Source: Podarcis melisellensis (Eukaryota). From it: a stretch of DNA of 64,000 nucleotides. Positions 1 to 11,515 of this stretch are shown here, one piece after another (position 1 is the first letter of the stretch; each line of letters starts with the position of its first letter). Under the pieces are notes generated by a model, which saw nothing but the letters and a program-made list of their open reading frames with translations, was not told the DNA's origin and made no database searches. The position numbers and the translations under genes were made by a program. The DNA is taken from NCBI GenBank assembly GCA_964234715.1, contig OZ174285.1. One strand, 5' to 3'.

Positions 1-589
1 CTGACTAGTATGCTAAGTTTGAATTCCTGGAGAGGGAGGTTCTTGTCTCTGTTGCGGGAGATGTAAAAGAAGAGGAGGCCAGCTTCACATTGCAAATACA
101 AGTCTGAACACACAAGCCACTAGAGGCATTTATGTTGAAAATTCAGAAAGGGAGATCAGTTGCCAATAAGTGTGTTATCTCACAGTCCTTTGGAGTTTCT
201 CAGCTCTCTGGCAGCCCACAGCCATCTATATCCCAAGACCATTCAGGGCACAGCCAGTGGGAAGAAGTATAGAGGCTTCCTCCATCACTTCAGAAGGGAA
301 GGCTATCAGGAGTCCAGCAGGAATCTACAAATGAGTGACTTTCTCATTTACACTAAACCAGCTTTTCTCAACCTTTTAAAAACCATGCCACCTTTAGCTA
401 ACCTTACGACCAGCACTTCAAGAATGGCATCTCTAAATATTTACATTTTCAAAAGAATTTAAGTTCTGTGACTTGATTATGAATACACTAATCATGTTGG
501 GCTGAATAATAATAATCAAGTACTAAAAAAAAATCCAATCATTTTTTAAAAAATGCAAATGACATTTAAAATTTCAAAAAAATGGCTGA

Positions 590-1044
590 TGTCAGGGGCT
601 GAGCAGAAGAGGAGTGGTGGAGACCGCCTCCCCACCCTGACGTTTCCAGGGAGGAAGAAGAGGAAGACAATAGAGATTTACAACAGTGGTTTGCGGGAGG
701 TCACAGCTCAGAGGCAGATGAGGGGAAATGGGAAATAATGAGAAAGAAGGAGCAGACAGAGCCTGAGCAGCAGCTGGCTGACAGGTGACTAGGAAGCATC
801 CCAGACCCACAATCTCCCAGAACCCGGCAAGGCTTAATAGTAGTAGAGCAAAGAGATTGAGGGCACTTAGCAGCACCCAAGATTAAGAAGAGAAGGTGGG
901 GTGAGGATTCACTCAGGACAACGCTATTGTCCAAGAGGCTGGGTTCTATAGCCTCTCTCTGTAAAGTTTGAAATAAAAAAGCACTGTAAGGAACTCTTCC
1001 TTGTCTTTATAATTTCCTGGGCAACCAGCCGAGAGCCCCTGACA
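590..1044 (+). mobile_element. Probable solo LTR (455 bp)
   Basis: Begins TGTCAGGGGCT and ends AGCCCCTGACA (11-bp inverted termini, TG...CA); internal AATAAA near 972; no clear TSD. Confidence 0.65.
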
Positions 1045-1329
1045 GATTGTTCCCATCAGGGGGACCAGTTGTGCTCTGGGCCCTTGTCCTTCATGGCTGA
1101 TGAAAACTAGCAGAGGGAACAGCGGACTGGGCTAGGGAAGTGATTAATGCCTTCTTGTGAAAGCGGGTGGTTCCTGCCTGCTTGAAGGAGGCTGCAGTAA
1201 AACCACTCCTCAAGAAACCCTCCCTGGATTCAGGAAACCTTAAGAAACTACTGGTCAATTGCCAAGTTCCCCTTCTTGGGCAAGGTTCTTGAGTGGGTGG
1301 TTGTGGATCAGATTCAGGTGCTCTTGGAG

Positions 1330-1770
1330 GAAACTGGTTTTTAAGATCCATTTCAGTGGGGGTTTACGGCTGGTTTAGGCACACAAACTGCTTTGGTCTC
1401 CCTGTATGACGACATCTGTCAGGAAAAAGGGGAAATGTGTCCTGTTAATTCTTCTCGATCTCTGAACACAGTTTTCTGTATCATCAACCATGGTATGCTT
1501 CTACAGTGGCTGTCCAAGTTAATGATGGGGTGGCACCACTATTTGGAAGTTGTTTCATGCTTGGGGAGTGTTATTCGGCCCCATGGAGCCTTCAGTTTGA
1601 GGTTCCTTATGGTTCAATTTTATCAGCTGGGGCAGACTTCAGTGGCTTACTGGAGCAGGACATTTTGAGCGTACTGCTCCAATCGATTGCACTAGCTGCC
1701 AATTTCTGGGCCCAATTCAAAGTGCTAGTTTTGAACTATAAATCCTTAAATGGCTCTTGGTGTGGCTTCT
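1330..1770 (+). mobile_element. Degraded L2-type LINE fragments
   Basis: ctgttaattcttctcgatctc...atcaaccatggtatgctt resembles the RT motif LLDLSAAFDTIDHGIL; boundaries approximate. Confidence 0.6.
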
Positions 1771-2427
1771 CCCTAAGAGGTCCAGAGGATGGCAACATGA
1801 GAATAGGCCTTTTCAGCCATGGCTAGGGGTGTACCTGTGGGTGCTCTGTGGTTTAACCTAGGGCTTGCCGATCCAGTGGCGTAGCGTGGGGGGTGCAAGG
1901 GGTGCCAGCCGCACCGGGCGCAACATTTTTGGGGGCGCACTCGGAGCTCTCTGCCCCTACCTGGTCCTGGTGGCTCACTCTCTCTCTCACAGTGCTGGCT
2001 GCGAAGGAAAGGACGAGGCTGCGCGCTCCCCAGCCCAGGCGCCGCCTTCTGCGCGCACACTCGCTTGCAGCTAGAAGCCCTGCAGAAAAGGCCGTCGGGT
2101 GCAGGAGCGGCGCCTACGTCGCGCTTCCCGGAGGGGGCGCGTCGCCCGGCATTGGCGCGCGTTTGGGCGGGCTGCGGAGGGCGCGAGCGCTGCGTGCGCC
2201 CCAGGAGGCCGGCGAGGGCGGGAAAGCGGGCGGCTCGCTCCTCCCGTGCGCCCGAAGGGGCTTTTTTGGCGGTTCCCCCGCTGCTACGGAGTCCTAAGCA
2301 ACGAGAAGGAAAGCGCCTCATGAGCATAGCACTGGAGGGTGAGTCTCAACTTTTCTGGACGAGCACTCAATGTGTTGCAGATATTAAGCATAAGAAACGC
2401 TCCTCATTGTCCACACCCATAAAAATA

Positions 2428-3155
2428 TTCATTTATTTATAAATATTTTATTAAATTTTCAAATACATAATACAAGATCCCTACACCAAAAAGCCAGAAC
2501 CAAAATACCAAAGAGCCATATAGAAAGAAAGAAATAAAAAAGAAAAAAGAGAAAAATATAACCAACCATTCAGTACAACTTTTCTTATATAACTGATTGG
2601 ACTTCCTCACATCTCCTTACCCTGCATTATTTATAATAAGAATGTCAGCAAATTATTACCTTGTTTCATACCTTATTTTGTACTTTCCAAATATTATACT
2701 TCTAAATTTAAAACAATTTTTATCAATTGCTCATACCTTAAAATTAAACGTAGTGTTGCCTTAAATTTCGACCTTTTCTTACTTATAACTTAATTTTCTA
2801 TTTTACAAAGTCTATTTGCTGGAACTGATATTTTCTAAATCGTGCAAATACTTAACATTCATACAACGTATAATGTTTTTGTAAATAGTCCTTAAACTTC
2901 TTCCAGTCCTCTTCCATTGTTTCTTCTCCCAAGTCTCGGATTCTGCCAGTCATTTCAGCCAATTCCATATAGTCCATCAATTGCGTCTGCCACTCTTCCA
3001 GTGTGGGCAAGTCTTGTGTCTTCCAATACTTTGCAATAAGTATTCTTGCTGCTGTTGTCGCATACATAAAGAAACTTCTGTCCTTTTTTAACACTTTCTG
3101 GCCGACAATGCCCAAGAGGAAGGCCTCCGGTTTCTTAACAAAGGTATATTTAAAT
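2428..3155 (-). mobile_element. L1 LINE 3' fragment (ORF2 C-terminus, 3'UTR, A-rich tail) inside the hAT unit
   Basis: FKYTFVKKPEAFLLGIVGQK...ARILIAKYWK...WKKFKDYL, stop at 2852-2854, AATAAA and A-rich end near 2430-2452. Confidence 0.8.
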
Positions 3156-3296
3156 CAGTGGCGTAGCGTGGGGGGTGCAGGGGGGGCCAGCCGCACCGGG
3201 CGCAACATCTGGGGGTTAGGGGGCGCAAATCCACGGGTTAGGGGGCGCAAATTACTTGCCTTGCCCCGGGCGCTGACAACCCACGCTACGCCACTG
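3156..3296 (+). mobile_element. Short hAT MITE (141 bp) forming the right end of the composite
   Basis: Second copy of the left end (about 52 bp near-identical to 1874-1925) plus the right TIR. Confidence 0.8.
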
Positions 3297-4159
3297 TGCC
3301 GATCAGAAGGTCTGCGGTTCAAATCCCCGCAATGGGGTGAGCTCCCGTTGCTTGGTCCCAGCTCCTGCCCACCTAGAAGTTTGAAAGCACGTCAAGTGCA
3401 AGTAGATAAATAGGTACCACTCCGGTGGGAAGGTAAACGGCGTTTCCATGCACTGCTCTGGTTTGCCAGAAGTGGCTTAGTCATGCTGGCCACATGACCT
3501 GGAAGCTGTACGCTGGCTCTCTCGGCCAATAAAGCAGGATGAGCACTGCAACTCCAGTCGTCCACAACTGGACCTAATGGTCAGGGGTCCCTTTACCTTT
3601 AGGGGCATACCCAGGAGTTGATTAGATAGGCCTCCACAAAGGGCATAGGCCCAAGAGAATGCAAAAATTGCACCTCTCCATTCTGGCTTGGAATAGCTAG
3701 AAGCCCTCCCTCCCTCCCACCTGTGCCGTACCTGCTCTGGGTGGCCAAGTGAGGCATGCAAGCTCCTCTGGGCTCCTCGATGTATGATCCGGTCACTGAC
3801 ATGGGCCTTCACAACAGACCTGCGACACAACCCACCCCCTCCAGTTGGCTGGTGGTGCTATTAGAAGAGCGAGTGGAGCATCCAGAAGGGCTCAGGGGAG
3901 AAAAAAGATGGAGAGAACAGGCGAGTGATGCAGGAGAAGGAAAAAGGGAGGGAGGGAGCAGAAAGGAAAGCTAGTGTAGGAAGCAAGCAGGCAAACAATG
4001 GATGGACATGGGAGGAGGAGGGGCAGAGCAGAGCAGACATGACCCCAATCCCAATGGCCCTGCAGGAAGTCATTGGGAGTGATGAAAAGCAAACTTTTTG
4101 AGTTTCTGGTCCATGGTCTCTCCTGGCTTCATAGGCGCCAATATAGCTCCTTGCCAAAC

Positions 4160-4420
4160 ACCATGGGCAGTGGGTCCCCATTTGTGGAGTGCTCTCCCCA
4201 GGGAGGCTCGCCTGGTACCTTCATTACAAATCTTTAGGCACCAGGCAAAAACATTTTTGTACAACCAGGCCTTTGGCTGCTTAAAATTCTATGGCCTTTT
4301 AAATGTGTTTGTGGGAAGAGGGTATTGGTTTGTTTTTGTTTTACTATGCATTTTGTGTTCTCAAGTTGTATTTTTATGTTGTGAACCTCTCTGTGATCTT
4401 CTGAGGGTGGTATACAACAG
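4160..4420 (+). mobile_element. L2 LINE 3' fragment
   Basis: PHLWSALPREARLVPSLQIFRHQAKTFLYNQAF is typical of the L2 ORF2 C-terminus; followed by a T/G-rich UTR. Confidence 0.7.
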
Positions 4421-4609
4421 TATTTCTCCAATGAAAATAGGGACATCCTATTCCATCATCATTACCATCATCATCACTACCATCATCATCATCATTTATT
4501 TATATGCCACCCGTTAAACATTAAAAAACCATCCCTATACAGAGCTGCCCTCAGGTGTCTTCTAAAGGTTATATGGTTACTTATTTCCTTGGCTCAGGGG
4601 TTGTATAAC

Positions 4610-4749
4610 TCCATTCCCTCCAACATTTCTCAGATGAAAATAGGGACATCCTAAGGAAAAGCAGGACATTCTGGGATCAAATCAGAAACCGGGACGGCTT
4701 CTGCAAATCCAGGACTGTCCCTGGAAAATAGGGACACTTGGAGGGTCTG
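4610..4749. mobile_element. hAT-like MITE remnant with gggaca subterminal repeats (partial second copy at 4422-4450)
   Basis: Repeated aaatagggaca motifs, ends ttggagggtctg. Confidence 0.45.
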
Positions 4750-5644
4750 TTGTTGTTGTTGTTGTTGTTATCATCATCATCATCATTATTATTAAAAAGA
4801 CATGGGGCAAACAAGCTATATACCGTATATAACTATATGGCTATATATAACTAGACTGTGGGAAATCATAACATTTAAATAATAATAATAATAAACTTTT
4901 ATTTTATTTTATTTATATCCCGCCCTCCCCAGCCGAAGCCGGGCTCAGGGCGGCATTTAATGCTTTGTTTTCAAAGTTAGATATCATCACAAGATGGAAC
5001 ATATTATTATGAATTGCATAATAGTTGGGTTTGGTTATACTGCTTAATTGACCACAGATGAGTGTGCTGCCCTGCAAAAATACTAGTGTAAAACCGAATG
5101 AGTCTTCCTGTGGAGGCAGGGAGATGGTCCATAAAATCACATTACATTCTGTTTATAATTTTTTTTCCCAGCTGACGAGTAACTTCAGTGGTAGCATCAG
5201 TGATAGCAGAGTAGACTCATTAAAACTGATCATTCTCTGAGATGATCCATTAGCATTGGATTTACTGATGAATTTACCTTTCTTTGAACAGATAGATAGA
5301 TAGATAACCTCCCAGCCCTGACTCTCACATTTCCTTGACAATATTGCTCATATTTTACAAGGATACAATCTAGTCATCCTTATTTGAGGAAAAAATAATG
5401 GGTTTTCTACCTAGGTGGCCATGTAATATCCAGCGTCAGAAAAACGATCTCAGTAATCTAGTGCTCTAGTCTAGGCAGGCATTCTGATGAAACTCAGGTA
5501 ACCTGTTTTGTATTTCATAAACTTAAACCACTTTATCTGAAGCTTTATCTCTTTTACGTAGAAAGAAGAGGCAGCATATTGGTCTTACCAGTGTGTATAT
5601 CACGTAAGCGTGTATAGGTTCTGTGCCCTTCTCAAATTACAAAG

Positions 5645-5860
5645 CCAGTGTGGTGTGGTGTAATGTAATGGCTATAGAATCAGACTAAGATTTGGGAGAC
5701 CAAGGTTCAAATCTCCCTTTGGCCTTGAAGCTTGCTGGGTGACCTTAATCCAGTTAAGGACTCTCAGCCTAATCTGCCTCACAGTGTTGTTGGGATTAGA
5801 TGAGGAAACCAGGCACTCCACCTTGAACTCATTGGAGAGATAATGCAATGAATAATAAAA
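5645..5860 (+). mobile_element. Old tRNA-derived (MIR/CORE-like) SINE
   Basis: B-box-like ggttcaaatctc followed by gctgggtgacctt...ctcagcctaatctgcctcacag. Confidence 0.5.
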
Positions 5861-5917
5861 AAAAGTGAATAAGAGTGCCTCAGGAAAGGTTTTCATGTGG
5901 CTGGGTTGTCTGACAAG

Positions 5918-6247
5918 GTGGGTTAAACCACAGAGCCTAGGACTTGCTGATCGGAAGGTCAGTGGTTCAAATCCCCACGATGGGGTGAGCTCCCGTTGCT
6001 CGGTCCCTGCTCCTGCCAACCTAGCAGTTTGAAAGCACAAAGCGCAAGTAGATAAATAGGTACTGCTCCGGCAGGAAGGTAAACGGTGTTTCCGTGCTCT
6101 GCTCTGGTTCGGTAGAAGTGGCTTAGTCATGCTGGCCATGACCCGGAAGCTGTACGCCGGCTCCATCGGCCAATAAAGCGAGATGAGCGCCGCAAGCCCA
6201 GAGTTGGTCACGACTGAACCTAATGGTCAGGGGTACCTTTACCTTAC
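5918..6247 (+). mobile_element. Sauria (Squam1-type) SINE
   Basis: gtgggttaaaccacagagcctagg...ggggtacctttaccttac; near-identical to the 3297-3601 copy. Confidence 0.88.
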
Positions 6248-7328
6248 AGACTACCTAAAGTCCTCACTGTGGACTTGGGGCCCTCAAAATGTGAGTGTGC
6301 GTGTGTGTTTAGAGTGAAATGAAGCTGACCAAGGAAACCCTTTGAACTTTAGTGTGAAGGGCATGATCTTTCAATTCAGTTCAGTGTTCCTCAAGTAGTG
6401 GGCCTTGGGCCTCACTGCCACAGCCAGTGCCTTTTCCCTTGCTGAAGCTGGCAAAGCCTTTTGAGTGGACCAGGCCAGGAGCAGCAGTTCCTTGTCTGCT
6501 GAGTAAGAGGGGTTGGGGAGACAGATAAATTTGGGTTTGGGGTGAAAGGGAGGAAGGCTGGAAAGTGGTGGAAGGACCAAAAGGGGTGTTGAAGAAAATG
6601 GGAAGGTGAGATAAAAGGTGAATATATATTATATTGCTGTTTTTATTTATTAATTGGTGAATAAACTGGAACAGAAAGGAAGGGGATGAGATAGGAAGAA
6701 ACAAACACAAAAGGACCAGAGGAGGAATAAAAGAAACAAGTCATCAGATAGCTGAGGGATGGAGAGAATAAGGTGCAAACTGAGCGTGAAAAGAGAATGC
6801 CAGAGGAAATTACAGGAGGTGCATAAAAACACTATGTGAGGCATGTAGGGGTAGAGTGGAAAAAATAAAAGACAATGCCTAAGGGTAAGAAATGTGAGAA
6901 ACCCCGGCTAGGTTTAAATCACATTGAATTCAGAATGCTCCAGTCACAGTGGTTTTGGAGAAGGATGTTGAAGTAAATGTTTAAAAATATTTCCTACTGT
7001 GTGCAACAAAACAATCTGCAAGCTTTTAAGTTCCCCAGAACTCTTCATCAGGCTAGATTGTTAAAAAGAAAAACACAAACTACAAGGTGTATTTTTAAGC
7101 TAGAGTTTGAGACATTTCAGTGAGTCCCTTTAAGGTGCTTTGCTGTTTTCAGGCTGCACCCAGGCCTCTTGGGAAGGCCTGAGACGCATAATGGCTGATC
7201 CACCATCTTTGCAAATACAACAACCAGCTTTTACTCAGTTCTACCTCCAATCTTAGGTGATATGCGCAGGTTCCCTTGTTAGGTGGAGAACAGGAATAAA
7301 AGAAACTAGGTAGTCCATATATAAACAT

Positions 7329-7397
7329 TTGTTGTTGTTGTTTAGTCATTTAGTTGTGTCCGACTCTTCGTGACCCCATAGACCAGAGCACACCAGG
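7329..7397 (-). mobile_element. Bov-B LINE extreme 3' fragment
   Basis: Reverse complement of gtcacgaagagtcggacac...ctaaacaacaacaac, same as the ends at 21850 and 27160. Confidence 0.8.
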
Positions 7398-7809
7398 TAG
7401 AGATTAACTTAACTGACTACCCTAGCCTGTTTCTGTGTCTCCTCCGAATTGCCTTCTCCTACCCACTGGCATAGGGATATGGGGGGGGTGGAAGGGCACC
7501 CCGCTCCGGGTGTCGTGCCTAAGGAGAGTGACAAGATTGCCCCACCGCCCGGGCAGATCGTCGTGGCAGATCTACTCAGGGAGCAGTCTTCTCACCCCCC
7601 GGCGGATTTCCAACATGTCAGTCTGTTTGGGGGGGGCCGCACGAGGCTTACGGGCGGCAGCCCCATGAGAGGGTCTCCCCGCCCCCGCCGCACGGGTACC
7701 AGAGGAACTAGCTACGCCCCTGCTCCTACCTCCCCCAAGTGCTGCTGAGACAGAACTGTTGTCATAATGGCACATGGGGTACAGAACGAAGACTCACCCC
7801 TTAAGGTCT

Positions 7810-8130
7810 TGAATGCCAAAGTTAACAGCTAAAATAAGATAACTTAATGATTATTGCTTTAGGGAATAATGGAAGCTTTTTTTTAGACTATTTAAATAAA
7901 TATTATAGTATGAAGAATTCGTGATCAGGATTTGAACTATGAGGAACAGAAGAAATTAGAGATTATTGTATTATGATATAAAAGAGGGAAGGTAGGGTGC
8001 AGCAAAGGGATGGAATAAAAAACACCACGGGAAATGGGATGGGAAGTTGGCATAACAAAAGGGGGGGAAATGTATTGGAATGCCTATGTGAACTTTTTGG
8101 AAATCTAATAAAATATATCTTTTTTAAAAA
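7810..8130 (+). mobile_element. Probable L1 3'UTR/tail
   Basis: G-run-rich UTR, then AATAAA and an A-rich end. Confidence 0.45.
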
Positions 8131-8249
8131 GAGCAAAGGACTGAGCAGTAACTAAAGGCTGGTTCTGCTGCGGAAGAAAGTGCATGGTTGATTGCGTAAT
8201 ACAAAACACAGGGTAACTCCCAACATGAGTCTGTAATATAAATATAGGA

Positions 8250-9388
8250 CAACTTGTACTATATAGAAATAAGGTTGAGGAGTTTGACATAATTTGGAAA
8301 TTTAGGCTCAAGGGCAGCTCACTTAATCTCTGATAAATTGCTGTACGTGTCCCTTCCTACTCAAAGTGTTCCATTTCCATGAAGGATTAGCACTCCCTCT
8401 CGCCTAAGGCAATTGTACCAGCTCTGCTCCCTTCAAAGCAAGATGAATCATGATGTTTGTAAAGATTATGTCTAATTTTGACAATTCTTTGATCATCTTA
8501 CCACTTTTCACCCTTTCAAATAAGAGGAATTCAAGCATCAGGATTCTTGTTTCCCAAAAGTAACAACTTTTCTTGGCACTTTGAGAGGTGCAGGCCTCAT
8601 CTTGACTAGATGATTAATGTTCAGGCTTTCCAAAATAAGGTGTGCAGCAATTCCCCACACTCGCTTGTTGTGCCATCAGCTGTTTTCCTAGAAATAGGAA
8701 GCTTGTCGTGTCATCAGCTGCTTTTCCTTACTCGTGGAAGTATGTGAAATAGATATCCATAGAGTAAGAGCACTGTCTTTCCTGTCAACAGTAACCCTGA
8801 CATGACTGTCCTTTCTAAGCAAGACCATCCTTCTTATTATCCTTGCGTCCGTTTAGTAATGTTTTTAGAGCCCCCCCCCCATAAAATTCAATGGAATGCT
8901 CACATCGAGAATAGAGTGTTTGTCTTTAAAAGTGAGAGGAACAACATAAATAAAACAAAACAAAAAATTACATAAAAAAGTTCTAGGACTTCCAAGAGGG
9001 TTACATAATAATAATTTTAAAAAGGAAAAAGTCCAATATGGTTGTGTGATATGCAGAACCAATTCTGTTATATAATAAGGTTAATGAGTTTGACGTAACT
9101 TGGAAATAGGCTCAAGGGCAGCTCATTTATTCTCTGCATGTCCCTTCCTACCCAAAAATTCCATTTCCATGAAGGATTAGCAGCCTCTCTCATCTAAGGC
9201 AATTGTACTGATGTTTGTAAAGGTTATTTCTAATTTTGAGAATTCTTTGATCTTACCCTTTCAGGTAAGAGAAATTCATAAAATCAGGATTAGTGTTCTC
9301 TACCCAGAGTCACCCTGACATGACCATCCTTTACCAGCAGAACCATCCTGGTTATTCTCCTTGCTTCTGTTAGTAAGGCTTTTAGAGG
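8250..9388. repeat. Diverged local direct duplication (8250-8870 versus 9062-9388)
   Basis: Collinear shared blocks: taggctcaagggcagctca, ttccatttccatgaaggattagca, ctaaggcaattgtac, tgatgtttgtaaag, accctgacatgac. Confidence 0.85.
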
Positions 9389-9798
9389 GGTTTGATCATG
9401 TTGTTCTTTGGAAGGCTCGTGTTTAGAATGTCATTAGTGGAACGCTCCTTCTGACTGGGAGTTTTCCAGTGAATGGCGTTGCAGCTTGTCTTCCCTCTGG
9501 GGTGGAGAATATAAACATCAAAACATTGCAGAATGCTCCTTCTCTCACCGAACTTAGTGAGGGGGCACGTTCTGTTGCACCACTTTGACACTTGTCTTCC
9601 CCTCTGCTGAGGCGGACGAGGCGAGCACCAAAGCATTGTGGAATGCTGCCCTTTTTGCTGAGTTCATGCAATGAAAGTGGGGTGTGGGAGGCAGTGGGCA
9701 AGTGCCCATTCCCATTTAGCCTCAGGTGGCAAAATGGGATGGGCCACCCTTGACTGGGATCATATACATCATTTATTTTATAACTCAATACAGTAGTA

Positions 9799-10155
9799 AA
9801 AGGTAAAGGTACCCCTGCCCGTACGGGCCAGTGTTGCCAGACTCTAGGGTTGTGCGCTCATCTCACTCTATAGGCCGGGAGCCAGCACTGTCCGCAGACA
9901 CTTCCGGGTCACGTGGCCAGCGTGACAAGCTGCATCTGGCGAGCCAGCGCAGCACACGGAACGCCGTTTACCTTCCTGCTGGTAAGCAGTCCCTATTTAT
10001 CTACTTGCACCCGGGGGTCCTTCCGAACTGCTAGGTTGGCAGGCGCTGGGACCGAACGACGGGAGCGCACCCCGCCGCGGGGATTCGAACCGCCGACCTG
10101 ACGATCGGCAAGTCCTAGGCACTGAGGCTTTAACCCACAGCGCCACCCGCGTCCC
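9799..10155 (-). mobile_element. Full-length young Sauria SINE (different subfamily), CpG-rich
   Basis: Starts gggacgcgggtggcgctg on minus strand; 14-bp TSD tcaatacagtagta at 9785-9798 and 10156-10169. Confidence 0.9.
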
Positions 10156-10161
10156 TCAATA

Positions 10162-10387
10162 CAGTAGTACCTCGGGTTAATAACTTAATTCGTTCCGGAG
10201 GTCCGTTCTTAACCTGAAACTGTTCTTAACCTGAAGCACCACTTTAGCTAATGGGGCCTCCTGCTGCTGCCACGCCGCTGCCGCACGATTTCTGTTCTCA
10301 TCCTGAAGCAAAGTTCTTAACCTGAGGTACTATTTCTAGGTTAGCAGAGTCTGTAACCTGAAGCGTCTGTAACCCAAGGTACCACTG
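10162..10387. mobile_element. Tc1/mariner (pogo/Tigger-like) MITE
   Basis: TIR cagt(a/g)gtacctcgggtta / taacccaaggtaccactg with TA TSDs. Confidence 0.85.
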
Positions 10388-10535
10388 TAGCTGCCTTAGA
10401 CGGCTGAAGGATGTTTCCTCCATTCACCCTACATTACAAGTAGCTTGTGGTCTGGTTCCTAGGGCCTTTGACATGGTGCTGATGGTTTCGTATGGTAGCA
10501 GATCAGTTCATAAGAAGACCACAGTCACCTGTGAC

Positions 10536-10710
10536 AAGAACATAAGGACATACAGAGAGCCTGCAGGGTCAGGCCAAAGGCCCATCTAGTCCAGCATCCT
10601 GTTCTCACAGTGACCAGTCAGATGTCTGTGGAAAATCCACAAGCAGAATTTGAGCACAATAGCACCCTCCCTTCCTGTGGTTTCCAGCAACTGGTATTCA
10701 GAAGCGTTGA
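10536..10710 (-). mobile_element. CR1-type 3' end fragment
   Basis: aagaacataag tail plus catctagtccagcatcctg; related fragment near 43195-43270. Confidence 0.6.
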
Positions 10711-10971
10711 TTGAGGGTGAGAGAACAGAGTCTGTATTCATGAGGCCTGTTGGGCAAGTTGGGTTGAGTGAATCTGACTCACTTTTACTCACCCAGGCAC
10801 CTGGCACAGCATTAACTTCCCTTTGGAGGGGTGGGAAGTCACTGTAGTCCATAAAATTCCAACTTGCCCACCAGGAAATCCCTCTATTCTTGGGTGAGCC
10901 TTAAACACTTGGACCTTGTGTTGGGCCAGTGGGCAGACTGAGGGTGCTGTTGGTGTACTGCCCATCTTTGC

Positions 10972-11322
10972 GGGATGGGGGTGGCGCTGTGGTCTAAACC
11001 ACTGAGCCTCTTGGGCTTGCTGATCAGAAGGTCGGCGGTTTGAATCTGTGTGACGGGGTGAGCTCCCATTGCTCCGTCTCAGCTTCTGCCAACCTAGCAG
11101 TTCAAAAGTATGCCAGTGCAAGTAGATAAATAGGTACCACTGTGACAGGATAGTAAATGGCATTTCTGTGGTTTCTGTCACGGGGTTTCGTTGTGCCAGA
11201 TGACCCGGAAAGCTGTCTGTGGACAAATGCTGGGTCCCTCAGCCTGAAGCACGCCGCAACCCCATAGTTGTCTTTGACTGGACTTAACAGTCATGGGGTG
11301 CTTTACCTCTTTTTTACCTTAC
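10972..11322 (+). mobile_element. Sauria SINE, older copy
   Basis: ggtggcgctgtggtctaaaccactgagcc...gtagataaataggtacc...ctttacct tail. Confidence 0.85.
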
Positions 11323-11515
11323 TGCCCAACAGGATACATGACTGAGCTGGCAAAGGTGATATTGTTTGCGTGTGATGTTGAAGAACCTCAGGACACTGGT
11401 ACTTAGAGATTTCACTATCCATGCTGAGGCTACCTTGACTGGGCCAGCTCAGAACTTCATGGTCTCCATGGCAACCATGGAGCTGCCTCAAGTTGTCTGC
11501 AGGTCAGGTCAGACC

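Larger units (their letters stand above)
1874..3296 (+). mobile_element. Composite non-autonomous hAT-type DNA transposon
   Basis: 17-bp TIR cagtggcgtagcgtggg/cccacgctacgccactg; perfect 8-bp TSD tgccgatc at 1866-1873 and 3297-3304. Confidence 0.85.
1826..3601 (+). mobile_element. Sauria (Squam1-type) SINE split by a hAT insertion: 5' part ~1826-1873, 3' part 3297-3601
   Basis: SINE sequence resumes across the insertion (cttgccgatc|...|tgccgatcagaaggtc) and ends ggggtccctttaccttta. Confidence 0.85.

Noticed and set aside
1773-2442. Overlapping 125-184 aa ORFs on both strands
   Set aside because: Stop-poor GC-rich transposon interior; Arg/Ala/Gly/Pro-biased and without recognisable homology
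5194-5270. C/D-box snoRNA-like layout (GTGATAG...CTGA...GATGAT...CTGA within catcagt/actgatg)
   Set aside because: C box is non-consensus, the terminal stem overlaps the boxes, there is no host gene and no recognisable rRNA guide; an Infernal/snoscan search would settle it
6371-6510. Minus-strand acceptor-like site followed by short ORFs
   Set aside because: No recognisable peptide and no partner exon; the pyrimidine tract is explained by adjacent low-complexity GA-rich DNA
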